Assembly (NCBI RefSeq): GCF_006345805.1
Contig: NC_043006.1
Span: 54,498,001-54,562,000 of the forward strand
Direction: 5' to 3'
DNA: 64,000 bases
Source of the DNA: Octopus sinensis
Lineage: Eukaryota
A model generated the notes under the pieces. The model saw nothing but the letters and a program-made list of their open reading frames with translations. It ran no database searches and was not told the DNA's origin. A program made the position numbers and the translations under genes. Positions 12,946 through 26,437 of this stretch are shown piece after piece (position 1 is the stretch's first letter; every line of letters begins with the position of its first letter).

Positions 12946-12947
<2 letters not shown>
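11714..12947 (+). mobile_element. Mariner (DD34D) transposon, near full length, 1234 bp
   Basis: 37-bp TIRs CGAGGGACGTTCAATAAGTAATGCCTCTGACCCACTT with 2 mismatches; TA on the left and TG on the right, inside a microsatellite. Confidence 0.95.
11854..12874 (+). pseudogene. Mariner transposase, frameshifted across three ORFs
   Basis: HTH N-terminus MEPVECRAVIRFL, RSGRP, ARWIPRLLT (WVPHxL-type), ITQDETWV, LLQDNAPVH, LAPSDFHLF. Two frameshifts, and the YSPD motif is missing. Confidence 0.93.
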
Positions 12948-13008
<61 letters not shown>

Positions 13009-13266
13009 AAAAGCCTAGAATGGCGCAAAACTAAGAGTACAATCAACTTTTGATATAAGCAAACACATATTTAGGTAACCGAAATATCCGACATTGTCCG
13101 AGATGAAAATTCAAGGAATTTGCGGTAAACAACGCAAAGAAATGTACCAATGCACGCACATGTAAAATAACTGAGAATCTTTTCTTTTCATATGAATATG
13201 TGATGAAACTCCCTGCTGCTTTCTTTTAGATCTAAATCTAGAGATTTCAAAGCAATTCAATTTTTT

Positions 13267-13301
<35 letters not shown>

Positions 13302-13304
<3 letters not shown>

Positions 13305-13499
13305 TTTCAGTCATTCGACTGCGGTCATATTGGGTCACTGCCTTCAAGAATCTTTGGTCGAATTAATCGATCGAAGTACTTACTTTTTGTTAAGCCTGTT
13401 ACTTATTCTATTGGTGTTTCTTGCTGACCCGCTAAGTTATGGGGACGTAAACACACCAACACTGGTTGTCAAACGGTGGTGTGGGGGGAAAACACATGC

Positions 13500-13564
<65 letters not shown>

Positions 13565-13730
13565 CAAATACACACACATATATATAACATAACATGTATA
13601 TAAAACAATATATATAACATATAAAACATATATTTATATAAAACATAAAGCACACACACAGACGAGGGGCTTCTTTCAGTTTCTATCTCCCAAATCCTCT
13701 CACAAGGCTTTGGTCAGGCATGGGTGTGTA
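13302..13730 (-). mobile_element. SINE family A with expanded internal (TA)n(GA)n, 5' truncated
   Basis: Colinear with 5776-6070. Confidence 0.8.
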
Positions 13731-14060
13731 GTTAAGAAGTTCACTTTGCAACCACGTGGTGTAGAGTTCAGTCCCACTGCACGCCATTTTGAGTGTTTTC
13801 TACTATAGCTCTGGGTCAATCAATGCCCTATGAATGAATTTGTTAGGCATGAACTGTGTGCATGAACGTCGTGTACGTAGGTGTGAGTGTGTCTTTGCGC
13901 CTATTTGCCCCTATTCCACACCGCTTGATAACCGGTATTGGTTTGTTACCGTCCCCGTAACTTAGCAGATGCAATAAGTACCAGTCTTAAAACTAAATAC
14001 TGGGATAGATTTGTTCGACTAAAACCCAGCATGGTTACAATCCAATGGCTGAAACAAAAG
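13718..14060 (+). mobile_element. SINE family A, opposite orientation to its neighbour
   Basis: Head GGCATGGGTGTGTAGTTAAG...GTTCAGTCCCACTGC and tail GGCTGAAACAAAAG. Confidence 0.75.
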
Positions 14061-14590
14061 ATATCTTTCCCATATAGCTAATCTATAGCTACATCGATTT
14101 ATAAATACATACATGCTTTATACATTTCAATATCTTCTTATAATAGCTAAATCCATATCATTATAAACACTTCATATCCCTATATCTCTTCTCTATAGCT
14201 ATATGCACGTACATACCTTATATACCTCGGTGTCTCTCACATATAACATCTATTTATATCAATATACATACCTTATACAGAAATTTATGTAAAATATCTA
14301 AGCCTAGCAGTGTTTATTCCGCCATATTTCTTTTTATTGACCTGTTGGTGTTTCTATTTTTGATGATGATGAAATCGTGTGATGAGGCAATCTGCCTCCA
14401 TGTTTACAAGGAGTATACAGACAGGAGACTATGCTGTTGTTTAACCTCCGAGTAAACTGGTCGAATAGGCTTACAGCCAAAAGCATTCCGGCCGTGCCAA
14501 TTCCATGTTTGCATGTCAAGAATAACTAAATATGCTGTCTATATAAGATGGGAAAATGCGCTTTCTAGCAGATCGAATGATCGCATAGAG

Positions 14591-14734
14591 TAGATATAGG
14601 CAACCTATTTCGAGAAGCGGGCCACATGAAGCATAGGTCATCATCAGGCGAGTCACATTACTAAAGAATTTAAGGTAATTTTCCGTTAGGCGGGCATTCT
14701 GAAAGTTCTGCGGGCCGCAAGTTGCCCATAACTG
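14591..14734. mobile_element. Degenerate hAT/Charlie-like MITE
   Basis: Ends TAGATATAGGCAAC and GTTGCCCATAACTG with subterminal GCGGGCC motifs; no clear TSD. Confidence 0.5.
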
Positions 14735-16654
14735 AGGGACTCTGTTACTTTGAAGGACAGTAAGGCATTCCTGCTGTGGCCATCCTGATATTTTTCCCAA
14801 AATCACATTATCCAATGTGCACTTTTCTTAGACGAGTCAAATAGAGACAGAGGTTTGACTGAAATTTCTAGCAAGTCAAGCGACTACGTAGAGGTTCACT
14901 TGATGGTTCGAACGACAGGCAAGGTTTTGTCGTCACCGGATGAGTAAATGGTTCTCCGTCGGTTTCGATGATGCGTATTCAATTGTTCGAGCAACTGAAA
15001 TACCTGCTTCTGAATTAATGTGTAAGCAGCTGAGTAGTACACAGACATGTGGACACTCTTAACGAAAATGTCAGCACGGAATCAGCGTGACAGTGTGTGA
15101 CCAGGTTGCACAATTACAATCCATCCAACGCATTTCCGCACAATTTCACTACCAAGGCAATGGCAAAAGACACCTGTCCAGGATGCCATACAGTGAGATC
15201 GAACCAAGGACGCGTAATTACGAAACTAACTTCTTACTCGTTCGGCCATGCTGCATCCATGAGATACGAAGAGAAGGCCTCTGTCAGTCATTAATGACCA
15301 TGAATGAAGGCCTTAGTTGTCCGCCCTACTAGAACAGCGTTGTCCGATGCACAAATAGCAGTCTTTTCCACACAAACCAAAGCTATAGGTTCTACCTCTC
15401 TAGTATAAAGGGTTCGATAGGATCCAAGCCTGGACAATATGGTATGAAGGACAGGTTGTTGCCCATATGCAGCGTATCCCCCATATCCACGTCACTGATG
15501 GATCTAAAGTACAGCACAGTTTTTACATTTTGGCTCCAGCATCGTCGCGGGAGTAAACAGAACGTGGTTATGGACAACTGTCTCAGGGGCTCCGACACCT
15601 TTTTTTCTTTTCGTCAGGGTATACTTCCGAAGCCTTTCCTATGGCAAAGCAGCGGAGGTTTGGAGTCAGGGTGTACCTTTCCCTAAATGTATTGCACCGC
15701 TCCATGTTCCCGACTGACTTGTTAATTAACCCATGGTTGGGTTTCTGATAGGTGCTACGACTCCGAGTCAGAGTAGATCTATGAACCATAGTGGCTAAAA
15801 TATGGTTCCGTACTCCTCAAAACACAGGAACCCTTGACCCAGGGTCCCCCCACTACTGCACAAACGAAGAGATACAACAAAATATGCTGGAATCAAGAGA
15901 TATTAATAGCTAACTGTCCAGAAAGAGGGACAAAAATTGTATTTGTATTTCAAATTTCTAAATATCAATGTTAAAATATTTTGGTATTTTATTTTATCGA
16001 CCCCGGTGGGATGAAAAGGAAAGATTATTTCGGTGGGATTTGAACTTAGAAAATAAAGATCCGGATATACCACATTTATTCCGACGCTCTTAACGATTCT
16101 GCCAACTCACTTCTCTGAACAGATAGTAATAAAACAAATCAGATTCAGAAAATTAGCATGTAATTAAACCGCCTTAATTGTTAAATTGATGATAATTGCT
16201 ATTATAAAAGAAAAAAATTTTAACTATCAATCAGAGCCTGTTACACAGTTGATAAAGCATTTGAGAACAAGGATTAATGTGCATGAATGGACCGTCCATA
16301 TAGTATTTATGAACACAAGTGTGGGAAAGAAATTTGCGTCGGGAATGTTTAAAGCGCTTTCATTGGCCGCCCAAAATTTTTAGGGGATTCGCTACTTTGT
16401 TTTATAACGTTTATTTCTACTATATTTTTTTACGCTTTTCATGCCTCTCACTCTCAAACTATTCTATCAGTCTATCTCCCCGCTTCTCTTTCTGAGCGTT
16501 CATTACTCATTGCTTACCACCAAATCGCATCCTACACGTCTTATGTTAACGCTTTCTGTACCATTCCTCTTCTATTTAGAGGTCAAGAGTAATTAGAGAA
16601 ATCACCCAACCAAAATTTATATGGCTAATTGTTATATAGAGATTTCAGCAAATA

Positions 16655-16871
16655 CGAGGGAGACAACTCTGGACATTTCGACATTACTGGACTCCTCTGC
16701 GAAGCGTAGCTTCACCGAATATGCTGAAATAACGATGTAACAGTATAATAGATGTTTATATACGATATATAAATAACAGGAGTGGAAATTAACATGCTTA
16801 GCAATAAAACAACACCTCTATAACGTCTATATTTCACTGAAGCGGTCAAATTTATCCAGAGTTGTCTCTCG
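16655..16871. mobile_element. Tc1/mariner-type MITE
   Basis: TA|CGAGGGAGACAACTCTGGA ... TCCAGAGTTGTCTCTCG inverted termini. Confidence 0.7.
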
Positions 16872-19800
16872 TGCTTCTTAAAATGATTAAAATAATTCCA
16901 CACACTATAATACTGAAATCAAATATCTACGGTGTAGAAACTTATACGAAATAAAAGTAGTTTAAAGAGTTTGTGCAATAACATAGATATCCCTCTATTA
17001 TACACGACATGCAGAGATACTGGTGTTCCGCATAAGTGTTTCTAATTAATGCACACTACATGTTAACACTAACTTAGGGATAGCATCTGAGTTAATTAAC
17101 TTCAATGAATTATCTTCAAATTTTTTTTTCTTTTTGTCGTTGAATATCATATTTTGTTGATAACAACGAGAAATTGGTTCCTTGAGACACTTTTTAATCC
17201 TTCAACGAAAGTATCGAGTCAAAACCCTCGAGCAACAAGTTTTCTATGAACCTCATATTCTATGACCTCGTGTAGTGAGCTAAGAAACTGCAGCTGCGAT
17301 GAAACCGACCAAAAATAAATCTGAAGAAAACTGTGTATAAAAATGTTAAAAGCGAATGAGATCAACGAATTCGTGGTTATAGGAAGCGGAGGTAAAGAAT
17401 ACGCTCAAAACCCGTTTTCGGCGTAACAAAAACCCGAACCTTAACCCCTAAACACTAGTGCGTATTCTTTAACCTTCGCCGTTATAGGGTTTATGGTAGA
17501 AGCACTCTACGATACTAGTACCCAAATTACTTGGATAATCTCAGCCCTACTACATTACATATATACGAGATCTTACCGTGCTTTTTTGGTCAAACTAAAG
17601 CGTTTGACCCGCTTTTTTTCTGACAAGAAATCATTAAAGAGGTTCTATTAAAATTTCAGACACATGGTATCTTATTTTATAAACTGTGAAGGATAGAAGT
17701 CAAAGTTGCCCTCAGTACGTAAAGATTTAGAGCTGAATACCACGAGTATTTTTACCTTTTTGTCCGATGTTATAAAGACTTTGTCACTCCACCGTGTTAC
17801 TGAATTGGCCATTTCTTTTTTGTTTTTTTCTTTCTTCGGACTTCTGCAACTCGTGGAAAATAACTTCAAGATATAACTCTGGAGAGGTTACTAACTTGTG
17901 TAAAATGACACAGCAAAATGGAGCAATAAAGCTTGTAAAAAAACCTTATTGTTCCAATTTTTTGAGTCCAGTATAGAAAAAATTAAGTGAGCAATGCAAA
18001 TTTCACGATTCTCGGTCATTCTTACTCTTTTTCTCTCAAACATACAATATGACAAAATTGCTCACCTCTTGCAGCTTCTTATTAGTCAAATATAAATATC
18101 GAAATACAATAAATATATTCTATATATATATATACACACACACACAAACATTTAATTAGAAAATATTTGTAAGTTTAGAAGAAAGTAGTCTAGAAACTTC
18201 GCGAAATTTCTAGAAAGAGGTGTGGTCACTTTTTTGTTAGCAGGCTATATTTAAATATATATAAAAAAAAGTTAATGGTGAAGTCTTAATTAATGAGATA
18301 TAATCATTCACGTGTAAAAGAAAAGAGAATTTCGGAATAACCACTAACCTTTTTTAAATTTTTATTTCAAAAATCCTATAAATTTCTGTTTTAAACACAT
18401 TTTTAATGATTTTGAACAATTACAAGCATAGATCAAAAAACATAAAAGTGCATTTCTAAAATCCACAATTAATAGTAAAGATAAGCTTTAAATACAAATA
18501 ATACAATAAAAATATATTCCAGCATAACTATTTTCCCTCGAACGAATTTATTTCAGAACATCGCACTTAGCCCTTCAGAAGTCCGCATGTGACTTAAGGC
18601 CGAAAGTTCTCCATCTGCCCTTCGGGTCCTTAACCCCTATATCAGAAATCAGTTTTTGTGTATAGAATATTAAAAAGAAATCGATAAATTTTGTCTTTTT
18701 ATTCATTTATTCATCGATGTACATATGAATATATGTAATTATTTTCAATATCAAATTAATATTTTATAATTAAATGACAAAAATGAAAAATTAAACATGA
18801 ATAAAATGAAATAATTATTAAAATAAAGAAATGAAAAAATTCTTCAATGCGTAAAACTTAAAATACTGCGATTTTCCTAAAATAATATCACACCATAATT
18901 ACAGAACTATAACAGGAGAAATCTTATTTACCTGTTGGAACTGTGATTGCAAATGGTAAAATCCGTGTTCTTTGAAATTATGTAATCCAAAAATTTGGTA
19001 AAATCCACAGATCAAAGAAAAATAATTTCAAGTAAAAAAAATTCTTCAAGAAATCTTTTCGGTATCCGTCGGTTGAAAATTATTATTATTAATATTTTCC
19101 TTTCACTCTTTCTTTAAAAACAAAATGTGTATGTGTAGATAAATGCACATGTAGAGATAACACAGGTGGAGAGATATGTGTGTGAACCTAGATATAATTT
19201 GTTAATTTGTCTCCTTTTACTTCTTTACACACAATTGTTTTTTTCTTTCTTCTTTTAACATCGACTTGAAGCCTATTGTTGTATGGGAAGTTGTGATGTT
19301 CATGCATTTCTCAAAATGCTGTAATACTATAAAATAAACTCTTAGCAACAGTTGTCGACTTCAATAAGCTTTCGCACGTAAAGCATTAACTTTTTTTTAA
19401 ATAATGTTAAATATATATTAGCAAAATTTAAAATAAGGAGTGAAAAAGGAATACATATTGTTAAGTTACGGAGGAATTAAGAGCTTAAAAGAGAGAAAGA
19501 ATGAAATAAACGAAATAGGAGGAAAAAACACGTGCAGTTGTGTTATGAGGCGCACACGCGCATCTTGTCAGGGGCGATAATTCAACCACAAAGCAGAGGA
19601 GCCAGAGATTCGTCGAAGAGAGGTTGCTTGTTTAACGTCAACTCAGTACTGTGGCCAAATATGTACCAACTATGACTGTCCTATATAATTCTTTTCAGAA
19701 ACAATGTATCTAAAATTCTATTCAGTTTTGTTCCTACTTTTTAAGATGGTAGTGTGTGTTTTGTATGAGAATCGGTTACTTTTCAAGCAGTCGATATTCC

Positions 19801-20058
19801 TTACATTACCTGATATTTATTTTATCGATCTTGGGGGTATAAGAACTCAGAACATTGGAGTCGCTCTACGATTTCTACGTAGATCGTTGAGGCCATTTCT
19901 AATGAATTCCTATCGAACTATAGTGGTGTGGTAATCTATCTACTATCACTCAGCACTGGACATGCGAAGAAATATACGAACGAAGTAAACGGTATGAACT
20001 GGATTTCCTGAAAATCGCTTTATTTAACAACTGTCTCGAACAGTGTAAAATATAAAAT

Positions 20059-20587
20059 CGCAGGCATAGCTATGTGCCTAAGAAGCACGCTTTGCGACCA
20101 TATACTTTTGAGTTCAGTCTGACTGGGTGGCATCGTCTACGAGGGCGTGCTGAAAAGGAGGATCAGTTAATTATGATTTTATTCCATATATTCCCCTCTC
20201 ATATTCACACACTTATTGCAGCGATCCTTCAGTTTTTCTAAGCCCTGTAAAAGAATACGGAAGGTTGGGCCCCCCAACCAGACCTTTCGCGACACTCTTA
20301 AAGCCAGGAACTTTTCAGTATCTCTTCGTACTACAACCCTACACCGACCAATGCCTTGTGAGTGATGTGTGTGTGTGAACCCCTCCACACACACATACAT
20401 TGCTTGACAACTGGTACTGGTTTGTTTACTCTGATATAATCTAGCGGTTCGCAAAAGCGACTAATGGAGTAAGTACCCAACTTAAATAAAGACAACATAA
20501 ATACTAATGGTTCGTTCGACTAAAACCCTTTGAGGCGCCGCACCAGCAAGGTCACAGACTAATGACTGAAACAAGCAAAATAAAAAG
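20059..20587 (+). mobile_element. SINE family A interrupted by a mariner derivative
   Basis: Head 20059-20139 and body 20329-20587 rejoin as GTCTA|CTACAACC, matching the family's GTCTTCTACTATAGCC. Confidence 0.7.
20140..20328 (-). mobile_element. Internally deleted mariner (189 bp)
   Basis: TA duplication on both sides, TIR-like CGAGGGCGTGCTGAAAAG / CTTTTCAGTATCTCTTCG; minus strand encodes a transposase C-terminus GLEKLKDRCNKCVNMRGEYME*. Confidence 0.8.
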
Positions 20588-21306
20588 TTAAAAAAATACA
20601 TAATATGTAAAAGAAAATAAATACTTATCACCTTCTCCAGCGTTACAAGAATACGGTATGAATGTCAGTCTTTTTAAAATTAACTGTATGTAGTTTTGCC
20701 ATCAACTTGGGAGAATGATAAGAGCTCTATCATTGTTAAATAGGCTATCATGAAGAGCTTCCTCATTTGATTCAACTGACATATCAATTTAATGACCATA
20801 CAGCTCCTACTGTACCTATTCTCTTTACAACTCACTAACACCAACTACCAACTGACTGGAACGAGTATTTACGATATTTTCAAGACCATAGTCACAGGTG
20901 AGAATATTGAAGGTTAACTTCCAGAAATTCCACTTCACCAACAAGTGGAATATGTTAGCTTTAACCAACCTAGAAGGGAACGATGATTTAAAAAATCTAT
21001 GTGCATAACTGAGGAGACTTTATGAGGTACTGAATTGATAGTTGTGTATAATAATAGCAGTACATCAGGAAGAATATCTCTGTGTTAGGTGCAAATTATA
21101 AGTTATAAAGCAATAGTCACTTCCTTTATAACTGTCTAGTAACATTCACACTGCTGGACTAAGTAGCATGACTAAAGGCCCCACATTCTGAGAGGTTATT
21201 TTACTGTTACTGTAGTACTATACTACCTTCAACATTTATGAAGGACCAGGCATTTAATTTTGATGCAATACTAGGGATTCTAAGATCCAGTACACTTTAA
21301 TCTCAA

Positions 21307-23000
21307 CACTGGTCAACAAAATTAAACTTTTTTTAATCATCAGAGTTGATGATTGACTTTTCTGGGTTAATTTTTGATGCTGATTACGAATCTGAAGTTC
21401 GATTTCCTCTATCGGGTCACATTTTCATGTTATTGATACCTGCTGTTTTAACTGATAGGATACGTAATCCATGTCTATATAAAGTATATTGAATACAAGA
21501 TACGATAATTTCATGGCTTGTTATTGTACAAAATTAAAATTATTGTGTACAAATAAGTTAGAATACACTTAAATGCATAACAGCTTAAAATCTTTGGGAT
21601 TTGGACTTTGTTTTGTCTCAGGTTCATCCCTGTATAACATCCAACAGTAGTCAGCTAACATTCCTGCATTCCAAAATCCTTGATATTGTTGTTCCAGCAA
21701 TGCAATATCTTGATGAAAACGTTCCCCTTGCTCATCAGACACAGCTCCAAGGTTCTCTGCAAAAAAGTCCAGATGTGAATCAAGGAAATGGACTTTTAGT
21801 GACATCCGACAGCCCATTGCAGTGTAGGAGTCTAGAAGACATTTCACTCCATTTCTAAACTCTAGAGATCTCTTGTTGCCTAGGAAATTTTCACAGAGCC
21901 ATTTGAAGGATTCCCAGGCTTTAAGCTCAATCTCATCCAGTGCTGTGAGGAAGTGGTTGTCCTTCAGTTCTTTTATCTGCAGACCTATGAATACGCCCTC
22001 CTTCAGTTTTGCCTTGGTGATTTTTGGAAATTTGGCCTTCACATATTCAAAACCTTTTGAGCTTTTCCTGGCAAGTGTCTTCCTGAATTGTTTCATGAGG
22101 CCAAGCTTTCTTGTGGAAGAAGAACATTTTCTGGGTTTAAAAGTGGATTATTTTGGATACTAGAAATTCCTGGCTCATATGATTTTCGCAAAGGCCATTC
22201 TGATTGCACATAATGCTTGGTAGTTGCATGACTGTCCCATAGGCATAAAAGGCAACAATATTTCGTGAACCTAGATTGCATTCCCATCAACATTCCAATC
22301 ACTTTCAAGTCGCCACATATTTTCCAGCTGTAGTTTGTATACTTTAGGGCATTGAGGAGTACTTGCATGTTTTCATAACACTCCTTCATGTGCATTGAAT
22401 GTCCTATGAGAATGGATGGTTTCTTATTGCCAATGTGTAGTAGTACTGCCGTGAGGCTTCTCTTAGATGAATCAATGAATAATCGCCATTCAGTTGGAAC
22501 ATGTTCTTGGAACAAACAGCGAAATAACTTATCAGCGTTATTACTGAAACAGAGTGGTCCATCAACAGAGAAGCATGCAGTCAGATCCCTGTGTCTCTTC
22601 CTGAAATGAGTAATACAAACATCTTTCTTAAGCACTTCTCTTGTAGGCGAGATGCTAATAGTTCAGGTTTATCCTTCAACAATGACAAGTTTCTAACTAA
22701 ATCATTTAACTCTCCTTGAGAAAATTTCTGTGGTACATCTTCATTTTCAGTTGTGAAGTCTGCATCCACTTCGGTATCTTCCACATCAGTAGTATTTTCT
22801 TCAGGAAATACATCTTCATCAGACATCTGAAGGCCATTTTCTGGTGGTATTGGAATAGGAAGATCATCATTGTTGTGTGATACTGGTCTTCTTGCTGATT
22901 ACAATTTGGGATACACAATCTTATGCTTGGTCTTTACAGTAAACCCACATACATTAACGTTGCAGAAATAACAGTTCATGAAATGATCCTTTGAGGAATT
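21307..23000 (-). mobile_element. CMC/Chapaev-like DNA transposon, one end plus a broken transposase
   Basis: Terminus CACTGGTCAACAAAA at 21307. Minus-strand motifs KDHFMNCYFC, ELLASRLQE, EWRLFIDSS, ICGDLKV, KYCCLLCLWDS, KLKEGVFIG, HFLDSHLDFF, SDEQGERFHQDI, ADYCW over frameshifted ORFs. Superfamily assigned from recalled motifs. Confidence 0.7.
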
Positions 23001-23099
23001 CATTGGGAGTAGTAACAGTACACTGTGTTTAGCTAATGAAGGGAGGTCGTACCATACAGAAGAGCAATGTTTTGCAGAGATTTTAGTCATTCAGGTGTA

Positions 23100-24350
23100 A
23101 CTGATTCATGTAATATAGTCAGGTGATATACTGAAAAAGTTGAATTTCAGCTTGTTGAAAGCAGGATGAAATTCCTTAGAAACTTCCAAGAAAATAAGAT
23201 TGATGTTATGTTCAGCATGTGACTTGAATATTGTACAAATAGGCAAATGTATTCTATCTACCAAATTGTTGTTCCTTCTGAAGTTGTCCACAATTCATTG
23301 AAATTGTAAGATATTGTGTTAAGTCAGATGCAATCTGACAGAACTTATAGAGTTTGCCATAGGATTTGAAAGCTGTAGAGTTTTATCGTCTTTCAGAATA
23401 CCAATTTGATGGTATACACTCTTCAGAACCAGAGTACCAAATATTCTGTAGTGAAAAAGTGTTTACACACCAATTCATTTATCTATAACAAAGGGTAAGC
23501 ATCCAGTTGAGGAATTACTTGATATTTTGTAAAAGTTGACCATAGTTTACCATAGGTCCTTAAAAGCCCATTTGTGGAGTCAACTAATTGATCTCACTCT
23601 GATGAGCTGCTCAGTTTCATTAAATGTTCTTTCAGGAAATTTACTATTTTTCCTAGGATGAACATTTTATCTCTCTTATTAAATCTTCATAGTGGTGTAG
23701 CCATTGTTCTGCAGTCAACTGTGAGGTAAGGTTCACAAGTTTAGTGACAGGTAGCTTAGTCCTACCAAACTTGATAGTGACAGACTGATATTGTTGAACA
23801 AAGTCTCTTCCAATGATGATCTTTTCACGCAAGATTTAGTATAATTGACATTTTTATCATTTGATAACGAGTTCCTTGAAGTGTGGAGTTTTTCAGTCAG
23901 TAACCAAGGATACAAGTAGTTAGGGAAGAGACAGTCGGGGACATGCTCTTGGAAAAACGATGTGTAATAAGAAAGTGTTCATGGATGGTGATTTTGTTGA
24001 TAAAAGACTCTGAATTTCCAATTTTTATCAGAGCTTTACAAATTTTCTGTCAGAAATTTAATGAGACAGTCAGCTGTTATATATAGGTAACAGAACAGTA
24101 TATTGTGGTAAACAAAAATGTCTTGGATTAATGGCAGTTGATATACTAGGATGAGCTAAAATTGATATATATGCTTCCTTAGTGACTCTTTATTAGCCTT
24201 ATTTGTCAGCACTTGACTATGAGTAGGACAATTTCAACAAGAATGATATTTGTAGCCAGAGAAAAAATAAAGACTGTGATTGTTATCAACAATAGATGCC
24301 ATGATGATGTCTTGAGAAGCTTCAGTTTTGATGGCAACTGTAACAACATT
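23100..24350 (-). pseudogene. Highly degenerate Ty3/gypsy gag-pol fragment (zinc knuckle, protease, RT N-half)
   Basis: Minus-strand motifs in correct order: YFFSGYKYHSC*NCP (knuckle), ALIKIGNSESFIN (protease), LDAYPL, FGTLVLKSVYHQI, TAFKSYGKLYKF, TFAYLYNI (YxDD position). Confidence 0.75.
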
Positions 24351-24934
24351 GGCACAAAGCCAAAATTTTTGGAAAAGCACAGTTGACTGAATTGAACCAA
24401 ATGGCAAAAATATTCTGTGTGTGTGAGAGAGAGAGAGTGAATGTCTGAGTGTTTCTTGTTACATTGACACAGACAGCTGTAACATTGTTTATGTGCCACA
24501 TAAGTAAAAAGTCTGTCAGTTCAGTGGTTCAACATGTAAAGTACTTTATCTAAACACAAGGTTGACATTAGAAAGGGCGTCCAGCTGTTGAATACTGCTT
24601 CAAGAAGTCTCATATAACCCATACTAATATGATAAAACAGGTATGAAACTTTTTAGGCTCAGCTATTTCGGCATCAACTATTTGACATCCCTGATTCAAC
24701 ACTGACTTCACACCAGACATTTTAATGCTCCTCTTGTTCTTTCCCTCTCCCTTACTCTCTCGGTTTACATGTCTCAGCATATTTCTCTTTATGTGTATGA
24801 GAAGAAGGAATGTGCTTATATCAATAAATTGTTGTGTGTCTCTCTCATTTAATCTCTATGTGCATATCTCTACATGTGTATGTGTGTGTATTTGCCTCCA
24901 GTACCAATAAGTACTGTCACTAAAACAGATTTAA

Positions 24935-25153
24935 CCCTTTCATTACCAACCCTGCTGAAACCAGCTCTGGCTCTAAGTACAAATGTTTTGTTTCCATAAG
25001 TTTTGAATTAAAATCTTCCACCAAACCTTAGTCACAATTTATGTTCCTAACACTGGCTGAATGATAACTAAGTTATTTTACTAAATTCTTTGTTATATTT
25101 AAAGTAATTGAAAGAACACAGAGCATCTCAAAATAAATACAGTAACGAAAGGG
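24935..25153 (+). mobile_element. piggyBac-type MITE (219 bp)
   Basis: TTAA|CCCTTTCATTAC ... GTAACGAAAGGG|TTAA: TTAA duplication and short TIRs. Confidence 0.85.
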
Positions 25154-25488
25154 TTAATGTTCGGTCAACCATGCCAAATTACCTGTGTCAAAACAATTGC
25201 ATCCAATTGTCTCATTCTTTTCCCACCCTAAAAAATCGATATAAAAACTATCTTGTTAATGATGATAATGAAAATAATAGTGATGCTAGCAAAGACTACA
25301 ACTAAGAATACTGACCATCACTAATATTCTTGGTTACATTTGACCTACAAATGTGCAAGCAGACCATTAACCACATAGATCTCCTCATTATAAGGAAACC
25401 TTTGATCAACTTTAGAAAGCAAGAATTAATACAAAGGTAGAATTGATGTGAATCAGAATTTCACCAAACTTCTGCAGTTAAATAGAAC

Positions 25489-25703
25489 TTCATTACTGTA
25501 TTTATTCTGAGATGCTCTGTGTTTCTTTCAGTTACTTTAAATATAACAAAAATTTAGTAAAATAACTTAGTTATCATTCAGCTAGTGTTAAGAACATAAA
25601 TTGTGACTAGGGTTTGGTGGAAGATTTTAATTAAAAACTTATGAAAACAAGACATTTGTACTCAGAGCCAGAGCTGGTTTCAGCCAGGTTGGTAACAAAA
25701 GGG
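25489..25703 (-). mobile_element. piggyBac-type MITE, inverted second copy
   Basis: Reverse complement of 24935-25153; right end AAAGGG|TTAA intact, left end clipped. Confidence 0.85.
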
Positions 25704-26437
25704 TTAATAGAACATATTGCATTAAGAAGAAAGCACATGAAAAGGTTTATGGTAAAGATCATAGTCTAAATTGTATAACTAAATCATTAATAGGCAGCTT
25801 AAACTGATCTCCAATACTGTCAAATTCAAGTTAAACATTTCACCAGTTCACACAAACATTCACTCTCTTTTTTCCATGGAGTATAAGATGTAGTAGATAT
25901 AGTACCATACTGCTTGCTGAATTCTTCATTCTTTTACTAAAGAGTATTTTATTAAGAGATAAATCATTGAGATTTAATTAGTGATACTACCTACATAAAA
26001 TCCAGTAATTAAGTGAATATTAACATATTTGGTATAATGAATATTAAAAATCTAATTAGAAATACTTATGCAGTGAGGAAAAGAATAATTGTGCAATGAC
26101 TGGTGCTGGGGTTATTTTAATCATTTGTGCAAGTATGGAATACCAATGTAGATATGCTTTAATCTAATACGGCATCCTCAGTAAGATATAGATTTTCCTA
26201 TACTTACCAAAGTAGAGATAAGAGTTACTTTACACTCTGTACAATGTTGTAAAGTGAATATTAGTATACTTCGTGTAGTGAGCTAAGAAATTTTAATTAA
26301 ATTGCCAAAATTAAATTCTTAGTGATGCGAATAATTATTTAAATCACTATCTCAAGCCACCTCCACTTCCACCACCACACATACACACACAAAAAATGAA
26401 AGGTAAACAACCCTGAAATTAATATTAATTAAATATA

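Noticed and set aside
14600-14660. Minus-strand CTGATGA...GAAA inside the hAT-like MITE
   Set aside because: Stems I-III do not pair
17672-17869. ORF MANSVTRWSDK... as a first coding exon
   Set aside because: Its possible donor (AAG|GTAAAA) is out of phase with the nearest candidate exon, and no family was recognised
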